A DNA stretch of 64,000 nt from positions 198,933-262,932 of the forward strand of contig CAZVLB010000001.1 in NCBI GenBank assembly GCA_964627935.1. The letters run 5' to 3'. Below, one piece after another: positions 27,305-37,079 of this stretch. The DNA comes from an uncultured Ignavibacteria bacterium. GTDB lineage: Bacteria > Zixibacteria > MSB-5A5 > JAABVY01. The position numbers and the translations under genes are program-made. Below the pieces are notes generated by a model. That model saw only the letters and a program-made list of their open reading frames with translations, searched no databases and was not told the DNA's origin. The stretch's first letter is position 1, and each line of letters opens with the position of its first letter.

Positions 27305-28294
27305 ATGGAAACGATACAGATCAGCGGTCTAAATAGATCAGCCGTGCGAGTGGCCCTGGGTACATGGGCAATCGGCGGCTGGATGTGGGGCGGAACCGAC
27401 GAAAAGGAATCGATCGACACAATCCTCAAAGCCCTCGACACCGGGGTCAATATGATCGATACCGCACCTGTTTATGGTTTCGGCAAATCCGAAGAGCTGG
27501 TTGGCAAGGCTATCAAACAATTCGGATTTCGCCAGAATGTCATCCTTGCCACCAAAGTGGGCATGGAATGGAACGAGAAGGAAGAGGTGCGCAGAAATTC
27601 CAGCCGAAAAAGAATCGAAAAAGAAATTGATGACTCGCTGAAACGTCTGCAAACAGATTATATCGACATCTACATGGTACACTGGCCCGATAGTTCCGTA
27701 CCATTCGAGGAGACGGCCGAGACGATGTTCAACCTGCATGAAAAGGGCAAGATCAAGGCTATCGGAGTCAGTAATTACAGTGTCGAGCAGATGGAGCAGT
27801 TCAAAAAGGCTGCGCCCCTTCATGTCCTGCAGCCGCCGTTCAATCTTTTTGAGGATGAATTCCGCAAGGACCTTCTGCCGTACTGCCGAAGCAATAATAT
27901 CACTACATTGGCCTATGGCGCATTATGCCGCGGACTTCTGAGCGGCAAGATGAGCAAAGATCGCGAATTTGAAGGCGATGACCTGCGCAAATCCGATCCC
28001 AAGTTCCAGGGCAATCGATTCGATGATTATCTTAAGGCGGTTGATCTTCTGGATGCTTTCGCGCAGGAGAAGTACGGACACAATGTGATTCATCTGGCAG
28101 TGCGCTGGATTCTGGATCAGGGCGCAAGCATTGCACTCTGGGGCGCACGAAACCCTGAGCAGATCGATGGGGTGCAGGATGTTTTCGGATGGTCGCTGGA
28201 TGATCAGGCCATGAAGGAAATTGACAGGATAGTGGTTGAATCCATAAAGGACCCGGTTGGACCGTCATTTATGGCCCCGCCGGAAAATAAGTAA
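27305..28294 (+). CDS. aldo/keto reductase
   Basis: LGTWAIGG, IDTAPVYGFGKSEELVGKAI, DYIDIYMVHWPD and IGVSNYS are the AKR signature set. Confidence 0.9.
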   Translation: METIQISGLNRSAVRVALGTWAIGGWMWGGTDEKESIDTILKALDTGVNMIDTAPVYGFGKSEELVGKAIKQFGFRQNVILATKVGMEWNEKEEVRRNSSRKRIEKEIDDSLKRLQTDYIDIYMVHWPDSSVPFEETAETMFNLHEKGKIKAIGVSNYSVEQMEQFKKAAPLHVLQPPFNLFEDEFRKDLLPYCRSNNITTLAYGALCRGLLSGKMSKDREFEGDDLRKSDPKFQGNRFDDYLKAVDLLDAFAQEKYGHNVIHLAVRWILDQGASIALWGARNPEQIDGVQDVFGWSLDDQAMKEIDRIVVESIKDPVGPSFMAPPENK

Positions 28295-28309
28295 AACGGA
28301 GAGCATGAA

Positions 28310-29896
28310 ATGGCTGATGAAAGAGTAAAAATAGCCAACAAAAAAGATTTCGAAACAGGGCAGATGAAGGCTTTTGAGGTCGGCGATAAAAAGATACTGA
28401 TTTCCCGGGTCAACGGTGGCTTTTATGCCACCGGAGCAACCTGCACACATTATGGCGCACCTTTGGACCGGGGCGTGCTTTATAACGATCGCATTGTCTG
28501 CCCCTGGCATCACGCCAATTTCAATGCCAGGACCGGGGATATGACCGAACCTCCGGCACGTGACTGCCTGCAGACATTTCAGCTCGAATTCGAGGGCGAT
28601 GATATCTATGTGCTGATTCCTGAAGATGTTGAGGGTATGCGTACCCCCGAAATGGTCGAGCCTGATCCGGATGAAGACAGCAGGACATTCGTAATCCTGG
28701 GATGCGGGGCCGCCGGTAATATGGCCGCGGAGACATTGCGTACCGCCGGATTTAAGGGAAGGATTATAATGATCTCCCAGGAAGATCGAATACCCTATGA
28801 TCGTCCCAACCTCAGCAAGGACTACATGCAGGGCTCCGCGGAAGAAGAATGGATGCCGCTACGCTCGAAAGATTTCTATGAAAAGCACGGAATTGAGCTC
28901 AAGCTTAAAACCAAAGTAACCGGTATTGATCCCGATAAGAAGGAGCTTCTGGCTGATCTGGATGAACATGTCACCTATGACAGGTTATTGCTGGCGACAG
29001 GGGGTAAGGCCCTCAGCCTTGATGTACCTGGCTCTGATCTCGAGAATATCTTCACATTGCGCAGCTACGATGACAGTGACGAGATTATCAAGTCCTCGGA
29101 AAACGCCTCCAATGTCGTCATCATCGGCGCCAGTTTTATCGGCATGGAAACCGCCTACAGCATGGCTGTTCGCAAGGTGCCGGTTACGATTGTGGCCCCC
29201 GAGGAGGTTCCCTTTGAATCCAAGCTCGGAAAAGAACTGGGCGAATTGTTCCGCAAGCAGCATGAATCCGCCGGCACCAAATTTATCCTCGGCCGGACTG
29301 TAGCAGGATTTGAGGGTGACTCCAAAGTAAATACGGTTGTCCTTGATAACAATGAACGTCTTGACGCAGATCTTGTGATTCAGGGAATAGGTGTCAGGCC
29401 CAATACCGATTTTCTGAAGGATCTCGGACTGGAATCCGATGGCAGCCTCAAAGTCGATGAATATTTTAAATTTAAAGAGGATATCTTCGCCGTGGGTGAT
29501 ATTGCCCGGTTTCCATACTGGCTGACCGATACTCATATCCGCATCGAACACTGGCGCACGGCCGAACAGCAGGGCCGCTACGCCGCCCTGAATATGCTCG
29601 GCAAAAATGATCCCTTCAGGAGCGTGCCGTTTTTCTGGACATCACAGGTCGGCATGCAGTTCCGTTATGTGGGCCATGCCCATAAATGGGATGATGTCAT
29701 TATCGATGGCAATCTGGAACGCCGCAAATTCATTCTTTATTATGTTTTGAATAATGAAGTCATTGCCGCGGCAGGCGTTGGGCTGGATAAAGATATGGCC
29801 GCCATAGAGGTGCTGTTGCAAAATAATCGTATGCCATCTCCAAACCAGCTTAAGGAGAAATCGATCGACATGGTTAGATACCTTAAGGAACATTAA
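28310..29896 (+). CDS. Rieske [2Fe-2S] domain fused to an FAD/NAD(P)-dependent pyridine-nucleotide-disulfide oxidoreductase (AIF/ferredoxin-reductase-like)
   Basis: Rieske motif CTHYGAPL...CPWHHANF, dinucleotide folds VILGCGAAGNMAAE and VVIIGASFIGME, and FAVGDIA. Confidence 0.85.
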   Translation: MADERVKIANKKDFETGQMKAFEVGDKKILISRVNGGFYATGATCTHYGAPLDRGVLYNDRIVCPWHHANFNARTGDMTEPPARDCLQTFQLEFEGDDIYVLIPEDVEGMRTPEMVEPDPDEDSRTFVILGCGAAGNMAAETLRTAGFKGRIIMISQEDRIPYDRPNLSKDYMQGSAEEEWMPLRSKDFYEKHGIELKLKTKVTGIDPDKKELLADLDEHVTYDRLLLATGGKALSLDVPGSDLENIFTLRSYDDSDEIIKSSENASNVVIIGASFIGMETAYSMAVRKVPVTIVAPEEVPFESKLGKELGELFRKQHESAGTKFILGRTVAGFEGDSKVNTVVLDNNERLDADLVIQGIGVRPNTDFLKDLGLESDGSLKVDEYFKFKEDIFAVGDIARFPYWLTDTHIRIEHWRTAEQQGRYAALNMLGKNDPFRSVPFFWTSQVGMQFRYVGHAHKWDDVIIDGNLERRKFILYYVLNNEVIAAAGVGLDKDMAAIEVLLQNNRMPSPNQLKEKSIDMVRYLKEH

Positions 29897-29899
29897 ACC

Positions 29900-31969
29900 A
29901 TGACCGAAAAACAAGCTCCCAATCAGGAGAAAAATAAAGATCGGCCGGAAAAAGACAACCAGGATAAGCAGCATAAAGGCAGTACCCAAAAGCAACACCA
30001 TGACCACAACGGCGACCACCAGAGCCATCACCAGAAAATGGCTGAGGATTTCAAGCGCCGCTTCTGGATCACTTTAATACTGACAATTCCAATCGTGCTC
30101 ATGGCTCCCATTATCCAGGGATTCCTGGGCTTAAAGGAAACGCTCTCTTTCCCCGGTGACAGTTACGTCCAATTCGCATTGTCAGTCCTGGTTTTTGTCT
30201 ATGGTGGTTATCCATTCCTTAAAGGGCTCGTTCGTGAGCTTGGCCAGGGCCGGCCGGGCATGATGACCCTGATAAGTGTTGCCATAATAGTGGCATTTGT
30301 CTACAGTTCCGCAGTTGTATTCGGCCTGCCCGGAAAAACATTCTTCTGGGAGCTGGCCACATTGATACTGGTCATGCTTCTGGGGCACTGGATCGAAATG
30401 AAATCGGTCATGGGCGCGTCACGTGCTCTTGACGAACTGGCCAAACTGATGCCCTCAGAAGCCCACCGGCTGAAAGATGACGGTTCCACAGAAGATGTTA
30501 AGGTCAGCGAACTGGAGAAGGACGATAAAATTTTGGTCAAGCCGGGCGAAAAGGTACCGGCCGACGGGAAAATCACCGAGGGCTCGACCTCGATAGATGA
30601 ATCGATGGTTACCGGCGAATCGGAACCGGTCTCCAAAGAAGAGGGTGATGAGGTTATCGGCGGATCTGTTAACGGCGATGGTTCGATCACGGTTTCCATC
30701 CAAAAAACGGGCGAGGATTCATATCTAAACCAGATGATGGAGATGGTGCGCGGTGCCCAGGAAATCAAATCCAAATCACAGAACCTGGCCGATAAAGCCG
30801 CCATGTGGCTGACCTATATCGCAGTAACAGCCGGAACACTGACATTCCTGGCCTGGCTGGTAATATTCGGTCGTGAGGTTGTTTTTGCATTGGGACGGGC
30901 CGTAACGGTTATGGTCATAACCTGTCCGCATGCATTGGGACTGGCAATTCCATTGGTTGTGGCAGTATCAACTTCACTTACAGCAAGAAACGGCCTGCTG
31001 GTGCAGAATCGTAATGAGTTCGAACTGGCCCGCAAAATTCAGGCCATAGTTTTCGATAAAACAGGCACCCTGACCGAGGGATCATTCAAAGTCTCCAATG
31101 TTGAGTCATTTGCAGATGATATGGATAAGGACACGATAACAATGTATGCCGCTTCGGTCGAAGCCAGATCGGAACATCCGATTGCAAAAGCGATAGCGTC
31201 AGCATCTGACGACAAGAAGGAAGCCAAATCATTCGAAGCCATAAAGGGCAAAGGCGCGCAGGCTGAAGTTGAAGGCAAAAAAGTGGTCGTTGCCAGCAGA
31301 AAATATATTGATGAAAATGATATCGAGTATGACAAAGACAGGCTTGAAAAGTTCGCCTCCGAGGGAAAGACCGTAGCCTATCTGGTTATCGACGACAAAC
31401 TGAAAGGCGGCATAGCTCTCGAGGATCCGATACGGGAAGAATCAAAAAAAACTGTCAGCAAATTAAAAGAAATGGGCATCGAAACATTTATGCTGACCGG
31501 CGATAATGAAAAAGTAGCCAAAAGAGTGGCCGACGAAATCGGCATGGACAGCTATTTCGCCGAAGTCCTTCCCGATAAGAAAGCCGACAAGATCAAAGAA
31601 GTACAATCTCAAAACAAGATTGTGGCGATGGTTGGCGATGGCATCAACGATGCCCCGGCCCTGGCACAAGCCGATGTCGGCATTGCCATCGGGGCCGGCA
31701 CCGACGTGGCTATCGAATCGGCCGATATCGTGCTGGTAAAAAATAATCCCATGCATGTAACCAAACTTATTGCTTACTCAAAGGCAACCTATAAGAAGAT
31801 GATTCAGAATCTAATCTGGGCCACCGGCTACAACGTCGTCGCAATACCACTGGCCGCCGGTGTATTATACAGCGCAGGTATCTTGTTGAGTCCGGCCGTA
31901 GGGGCGATCCTGATGTCATTGAGTACAGTAATAGTCGCGATAAACGCCAAATTCCTTAAGATTGATTAA
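29900..31969 (+). CDS. copB: heavy-metal P1B-type ATPase, CopB-like (His-rich N-terminus, CPH motif)
   Basis: His-rich HHDHNGDHQSHHQK, TM CPH motif VITCPHALGLA, phosphorylation site DKTGTLT, and hinge GDGINDAPAL. It starts 3 nt after the preceding gene. Confidence 0.85.
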   Translation: MTEKQAPNQEKNKDRPEKDNQDKQHKGSTQKQHHDHNGDHQSHHQKMAEDFKRRFWITLILTIPIVLMAPIIQGFLGLKETLSFPGDSYVQFALSVLVFVYGGYPFLKGLVRELGQGRPGMMTLISVAIIVAFVYSSAVVFGLPGKTFFWELATLILVMLLGHWIEMKSVMGASRALDELAKLMPSEAHRLKDDGSTEDVKVSELEKDDKILVKPGEKVPADGKITEGSTSIDESMVTGESEPVSKEEGDEVIGGSVNGDGSITVSIQKTGEDSYLNQMMEMVRGAQEIKSKSQNLADKAAMWLTYIAVTAGTLTFLAWLVIFGREVVFALGRAVTVMVITCPHALGLAIPLVVAVSTSLTARNGLLVQNRNEFELARKIQAIVFDKTGTLTEGSFKVSNVESFADDMDKDTITMYAASVEARSEHPIAKAIASASDDKKEAKSFEAIKGKGAQAEVEGKKVVVASRKYIDENDIEYDKDRLEKFASEGKTVAYLVIDDKLKGGIALEDPIREESKKTVSKLKEMGIETFMLTGDNEKVAKRVADEIGMDSYFAEVLPDKKADKIKEVQSQNKIVAMVGDGINDAPALAQADVGIAIGAGTDVAIESADIVLVKNNPMHVTKLIAYSKATYKKMIQNLIWATGYNVVAIPLAAGVLYSAGILLSPAVGAILMSLSTVIVAINAKFLKID

Positions 31970-31997
31970 TACCACCAAAATCCAGGGAGGGTCTGGT

Positions 31998-33305
31998 ATG
32001 AATCTCAGATATAAATTCAAATTAAAGCTCGCAGCAATCATTTTTTTAATATTGCTTGCGGCCGCATTTATCCTCGGTTGCGGGGGAGAGGACGATGGCC
32101 GTGTGGTCTTTGCCGTCGGCGGGGCACCGGCAGAAATAGACTACTGGCGAACTCTGGCCGATGAATTTGAGATGGAAACCGGCATCGAACTGACAATCAT
32201 CCGTCAGCCCACCGACACCGACCAGCGCCGGCAGGGCCTGGTAACAGCATTAAATGCATCCAGCAGCGATCCCGATGTGTTCCTGATGGATGTTGCCTGG
32301 CTGGCACAGATCGCCGCATCCGGATGGCTCGAACCGCTGGACCACTACTCTGAACGTGACACACTCAATCCGGACATCTTTTTCGAGAATATAGTCGAGA
32401 TGGCGGATATATACAACGATACACTGTATGCGCTGCCGGTCTACGTCGATGGCGGCCTGCTATACTACCGTAAGGATCTTCTGGCAAAGTACGATCTCGA
32501 AGAACCTCCGCAACGCTGGACGGAATTTGTGGAAGTCAGCAAGCGGGTGCAGGAAGATATGAGAGAGGATAATCCCGATTTCCATGGCTTCGTCTGGCAG
32601 GGAGCCCAATATGAGGGCCTGATCTGCAATTTCCTCGAAGTCGCGGCTTCCAATGGCGGCGGCCTTGTCAATCAAGAGGGACAGATCGAAGTCAATACCG
32701 AGGCGAATATCGAGGCGCTGCATATGATGCGTGCAATGATCGCCGACGAGAAAATCTCACCCGAGAATACATATACCGAATTTACCGAGGAAGAGGTAAG
32801 AATATATTTCCAGCAGGGCAATGCCCTCTTTGAACGCAACTGGCCCTATGCCTGGCCATTGCATCAGTCACCCGAATCCGAGGTCAAAGGGAAAATCGGT
32901 ATATCTGCACTTCCGCATTTCGAGGGCGGCGAAAGCATCTCGACATTGGGCGGATGGCATATCGGAATATCCAAATTCTCGGATAATAAGGAGGCGGCCT
33001 GGGAATTCGTGAAATTCGTAGTCTCGGCCGAAACTCAGGAGAACCTGGTTATTAACCTGGGATGGAATCCGGGACGAATCGGCCTCTACCTTGATCCGGA
33101 AATCATCGAACATATGCCGCATTTTCCCAAGCTGAGATTGATTTTCGATAACCTGCATGCTCGTCCGACATTGCCATACTATTCGCAGCTATCCACTATT
33201 TTGCAAAAACATATCAACTCCGCTCTCTCAGGCGCAATAAGCCCCGAGAAAGCTCTTTCGCAGGCACAGAATGAAATAGACCAGATAGTCGATCGCTATG
33301 AGTAA
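31998..33305 (+). CDS. CUT1-family sugar ABC transporter substrate-binding lipoprotein
   Basis: ORF 31962..33305. I prefer ATG 31998 (GGGAGGG RBS). The lipobox is AAFILGCGG, with family-1 SBP features. Confidence 0.8.
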   Translation: MNLRYKFKLKLAAIIFLILLAAAFILGCGGEDDGRVVFAVGGAPAEIDYWRTLADEFEMETGIELTIIRQPTDTDQRRQGLVTALNASSSDPDVFLMDVAWLAQIAASGWLEPLDHYSERDTLNPDIFFENIVEMADIYNDTLYALPVYVDGGLLYYRKDLLAKYDLEEPPQRWTEFVEVSKRVQEDMREDNPDFHGFVWQGAQYEGLICNFLEVAASNGGGLVNQEGQIEVNTEANIEALHMMRAMIADEKISPENTYTEFTEEEVRIYFQQGNALFERNWPYAWPLHQSPESEVKGKIGISALPHFEGGESISTLGGWHIGISKFSDNKEAAWEFVKFVVSAETQENLVINLGWNPGRIGLYLDPEIIEHMPHFPKLRLIFDNLHARPTLPYYSQLSTILQKHINSALSGAISPEKALSQAQNEIDQIVDRYE

Positions 33306-33320
33306 ACCTGCAGGGCCGGG

Positions 33321-34199
33321 ATGAAAAGCGCCGCGCTGAAAGACATATTCAGATCCTATGGATTTATTCTGCCGTTTGCCTTTTTCATCTCGGCCTTTAT
33401 CCTGATTCCTGTCCTGGGCGCAATAATAAACAGCTTCTTCAAAGATGTCCCCTTTCTTGAAACAAGTTTTATTTTCGCGGGTAATTACACAGAGCTGATC
33501 TCCGATCCCGCCTTTCTGCAATCATTGAAATTCACCTTGTTGTTTATTGCAGTTTCAGTACCCCTGGAATTGATCCTGGGCATGACCTTCGCCCTGGTCT
33601 TAAACCAGCCGCTAAAGTTTAGAGGATTATTATGGGCCGCGGTTCTGATTCCCTGGGCAATACCCTCGGCGGTTGCCGGAAGAATCTGGGAGCTGATCTA
33701 TAACTACAGCTATGGCCTGGCAAATTTTATCGTCAGGGGAACAGGGCTGTCATCGGAACCGATTAACTGGCTGGGCAGCAATTTCGGCGCATTCTTCTCG
33801 ATAGTAATTGCCGACGCATGGAAAACCACTCCCTTTGTCACCATTATCCTGGTGGCCGGATTGCAGGCGGTACCGGATAATCTCCATCGCCAGGCCAATA
33901 TTGACGGTGCCAATTTTGTCCAGAGGTTTTTAAGGATTACATTGCCTATTTTAAAGCCGGTCATGACTGTCGCATTGCTGTTTCGAACAATCGATGCCCT
34001 TCGTATTTTTGACATGATTTATGTGCTTACAGGCGGCGGCCCGGGAGGAGCAACAACATCACTGTCACTCTATGGCTACAATCAATACCTGATCGGCGAT
34101 TTTGGCTATGGCTCGGCGGTTTCTGTCGTGTTATTCCTGATAGCACTAATACTGGCAATAGTCTACATCAAATCGGCCCGATTTCAGGAAGGTATCTGA
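33321..34199 (+). CDS. sugar ABC transporter permease (MalF/UgpA-like)
   Basis: Six TM segments with an EAA-type loop (ANIDGANFVQRFLRITLPILKP). Confidence 0.85.
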   Translation: MKSAALKDIFRSYGFILPFAFFISAFILIPVLGAIINSFFKDVPFLETSFIFAGNYTELISDPAFLQSLKFTLLFIAVSVPLELILGMTFALVLNQPLKFRGLLWAAVLIPWAIPSAVAGRIWELIYNYSYGLANFIVRGTGLSSEPINWLGSNFGAFFSIVIADAWKTTPFVTIILVAGLQAVPDNLHRQANIDGANFVQRFLRITLPILKPVMTVALLFRTIDALRIFDMIYVLTGGGPGGATTSLSLYGYNQYLIGDFGYGSAVSVVLFLIALILAIVYIKSARFQEGI

Positions 34200-34201
34200 T
34201 C

Positions 34202-35032
34202 ATGAATGAGAATAGCCTCAAGAAAATACTCAGGATCACAAGCATCACAATAATGCTGGTCTTCTGCCTGCTGCCGTTTGCATTTATGATTATAACCAGC
34301 TTTGCCCAGAGCCCGGATTACCTTGCGAGCGGGACATCATTTAACTTCAGCCTGGAAAATTACCGGAAAGTGATTGCAACCGGATCATTGCATTTCCTGG
34401 ATTATCTGAAAAACAGCTTAATCATATCCGGCCTGAGCGCATTGATAGCAGTATTCGCAGCGTCCCTGGCGGCCTTTGCCATTTCCAGGCTGAAAATCTC
34501 CGGCAGGAATACTATTTTGGGAGTGGCCCTTCTGGTTTCCATGTTTCCGCAGATCAGTGTCAGCGGATTCCTGTTCAAGATGATCAGCGAACTCGGCTGG
34601 ATCAACACCTATCAGGGGCTTGTGCTGCCATATATAGCATTTGTGCTGCCTGTTTGCCTCTGGATCCTGGTCAGCTATTTCGGTCAGCTTCCGAGGGCAC
34701 TGGACAAAGCCGCAATCATCGATGGCTGCTCCAACTGGAACATCTACCGCCGGATTATCCTGCCCCTGGCAATGCCGGCCCTCTTGTCGACCATGCTCCT
34801 GGCATTTATCCTGGCATTCAATGAATTCCTGTATGCTTTGTTATTGACCACCGACTACCATGCCCGCACAGTGCCCGTGGGTATAGCGCTGTTCCAGGGC
34901 CTGCACGGTGAAATCCCCTGGGGCAATATTATGGCCGCCGCGGTGGTTACCATTATACCTGTAATCATTTTGACAATCCTGTTCCAGAAACGTATCACTG
35001 CCGGACTAACCAGAGGAGCGGTCAAGGGATGA
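34202..35032 (+). CDS. sugar ABC transporter permease (MalG/UgpE-like)
   Basis: EAA loop AAIIDGCSNWNIYRRIILPLAMPAL. It is tightly coupled to the neighbouring genes. Confidence 0.85.
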   Translation: MNENSLKKILRITSITIMLVFCLLPFAFMIITSFAQSPDYLASGTSFNFSLENYRKVIATGSLHFLDYLKNSLIISGLSALIAVFAASLAAFAISRLKISGRNTILGVALLVSMFPQISVSGFLFKMISELGWINTYQGLVLPYIAFVLPVCLWILVSYFGQLPRALDKAAIIDGCSNWNIYRRIILPLAMPALLSTMLLAFILAFNEFLYALLLTTDYHARTVPVGIALFQGLHGEIPWGNIMAAAVVTIIPVIILTILFQKRITAGLTRGAVKG

Positions 35033-36120
35033 TTGTCGAGCTGAAAAAACTGTACAAGACCTTCAAGTCGATGCGCGGCGAGATTAAAGCGGTGGATGGT
35101 ATCGACCTGAAAATCGAGGACAGGGAGATGTTTGTCCTTCTGGGGCCAAGTGGATGCGGCAAATCGACCATGCTCAACCTCGTGGCCGGACTCGAAGAAC
35201 CGACTGGCGGTGAGATCCTGTTCAACAGCAATCCCGTCGCATCGACAGCTAAAAATGTCATGCTCTCCCCGCGCGAGCGCAATGTGGCCATGGTTTTTCA
35301 GGATTATGCCCTTTATCCCCATATGAAAGTGTATGATAATATCGCCTTTCCTCTCAAAATTGCCGGCGATAAAAAACGGAGCATCGATGAAAGTGTGCGA
35401 AAAGCGGCCAAAATCCTGGATATTACCGATCTGCTCGATGATCATCCGCGCGAATTGAGCGGCGGCCAGAGGCAGAGAGTTGCCATAGCGCGGGCGATCG
35501 TGCGCGAGCCCAATCTGTTTCTTCTCGATGAACCGCTTTCTAATCTGGATGCTCAACTGCGAACATCGATGCGCAATGAACTCAAGGAACTTCAGCGCAG
35601 TCTCAAAATTACCACAATATATGTCACCCACGATCAAACCGAGGCAATGACCCTGGGTGACCGCATTGCTATCCTTAAAAAGGGCAGGGTCGAACAGGTC
35701 GGTACACCACTGGAACTCTATGACCATCCCGCCAATATATTTGTGGCGCAATTTCTCGGCTCCAATCCGATCAATCTGTTCACGGTCAAGCGGATCTCTG
35801 AAGATGATACCCAATCGCTTCAATTCGAAGATGTCAGATTGAAATTTCCGCGGGAGAAAATCGATGAATTAAAACGAATTGAATCGGATGATTTAATCCT
35901 GGGCATAAGGCCCGAGGATATTGAAGTTTCAGAATCGAACGCTGAATCCGACCTTGTGGCTGAAATCAGAAATATAGAACCAATGGGAAGGGAAACACTT
36001 CTTCACCTGGAGTATAGGCAGACCGAAATCACGGCCGTTACCATGAAAAGAGATTTTGAGGATTCCACAGTGGCTGTAAAATTCAATCTTCATAAATCTC
36101 ATCTTTTTGAGAATAGGTAG
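35029..36120 (+). CDS. sugar ABC transporter ATPase (MalK/UgpC/MsmX-like)
   Basis: Walker A GPSGCGKST, signature LSGGQRQR, Walker B LLDEPLSNLD, and a C-terminal regulatory/TOBE-like domain. Confidence 0.9.
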   Translation: MIVELKKLYKTFKSMRGEIKAVDGIDLKIEDREMFVLLGPSGCGKSTMLNLVAGLEEPTGGEILFNSNPVASTAKNVMLSPRERNVAMVFQDYALYPHMKVYDNIAFPLKIAGDKKRSIDESVRKAAKILDITDLLDDHPRELSGGQRQRVAIARAIVREPNLFLLDEPLSNLDAQLRTSMRNELKELQRSLKITTIYVTHDQTEAMTLGDRIAILKKGRVEQVGTPLELYDHPANIFVAQFLGSNPINLFTVKRISEDDTQSLQFEDVRLKFPREKIDELKRIESDDLILGIRPEDIEVSESNAESDLVAEIRNIEPMGRETLLHLEYRQTEITAVTMKRDFEDSTVAVKFNLHKSHLFENR

Positions 36121-36317
36121 AAGCCATACGCATTCTATCAGTATTCTTTGCTGATTGACAGTTTGCGGTTTTTGTGCAATTTTATTTGTGGTTACCGGTT
36201 TATACATTAATACGCCGATTTTATGGGGTAATAAGTAAGTGGGCGGCAAATCACAAAAACGAAAATGAAATTAATATTATGGATATATATCAATATTTAG
36301 AATGAGGTAATAAAAAA

Positions 36318-36626
36318 ATGCTGGATAGTATTCGAAATTTGATGGACTTCAGATTAATGGCCAAGGATGGAGAATTTGGTAAAATCACAGATGTTTTCTT
36401 TGATGCCCGCCGCAAGATGCTTCTCTATTTAATTATATATACATCCGACTGGCTGCCCGACCGAAGCCTGGCAATTCCCTATGAAATCATTTCACACTCG
36501 ACCAAAAACGGCAATATACTGAATTTGCCATATTCTCGTGAGCAGATACTTCGAAAATGGGTTCGGGGCAGTATCGGCAAATACACTCCTTTCGGTGTTG
36601 CCACACCTGAAAACCGGGCCGGTTAG
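36318..36626 (+). CDS. single PRC-barrel domain protein
   Basis: MAKDGEFGKITDVFFDARRKMLLYLIIYTSDWLPDRSLAIP shows the same pattern as the 16620..17387 repeats. Confidence 0.6.
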   Translation: MLDSIRNLMDFRLMAKDGEFGKITDVFFDARRKMLLYLIIYTSDWLPDRSLAIPYEIISHSTKNGNILNLPYSREQILRKWVRGSIGKYTPFGVATPENRAG

Positions 36627-36642
36627 GGCCGTGTGAAGAGGA

Positions 36643-37053
36643 GTGTATGAAGTGGATAAAATCTGCATAATATCACGCGATAGTCAGTTCAAGGAACTGT
36701 GCATGTCAAAATTGAATGGTTCCGGCCGGGAAATACAGCTGTTTGCCAGCAATAGAGATTTGATCAGCTACCTTTCTTCCAATCGCTCAACCAGCGTTGT
36801 AGTAATACATGCGGCCACGCTCGGCGATGCCTACAGTTCGATTCTGAAACGTCTCAGGTTCAAGTTTCCGAATATCAATACAATAGTGGCCTCGGACTGC
36901 TTCGATTTCTGGAATGATTTCAAATGCTGGCTGGCCGATGATTGCCGGGTGATAACTCCGGAACTGAAAGAACTGCGTGAATCGATCTTAAAAATTATGC
37001 GCAAGAGAAAAAAGGTACATGTCCTGAATCAGGAACCAGGAGCATTAAGCTAA
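36643..37053 (+). CDS. hypothetical protein with receiver-like (possibly pseudo-receiver) layout
   Basis: The beta-alpha alternation (ICIISRD...VVVIHAAT...INTIVAS) resembles a REC fold, but I cannot find the acidic pocket or phospho-Asp. The start is uncertain: GTG 36643, or more likely GTG 36652, which is 9 nt after GAGGAG. Confidence 0.35.
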   Translation: MYEVDKICIISRDSQFKELCMSKLNGSGREIQLFASNRDLISYLSSNRSTSVVVIHAATLGDAYSSILKRLRFKFPNINTIVASDCFDFWNDFKCWLADDCRVITPELKELRESILKIMRKRKKVHVLNQEPGALS

Positions 37054-37079
37054 CCAAACCATAGAGGGGAGAATGCAAA

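Noticed and set aside
34855-35823. Long antisense ORFs opposite well-supported genes. Examples are 34855..35823(-), 24451..25185(-), 43588..44286(-), 55450..56142(-), 20136..20837(-), 22148..22759(-), 12988..13590(-), 11516..12082(-) and 49707..50474(+).
   Set aside because: Each lies entirely opposite a gene with clear family motifs. They lack RBSs, have skewed or low-complexity composition, and show no recognisable motifs. They are shadow ORFs.
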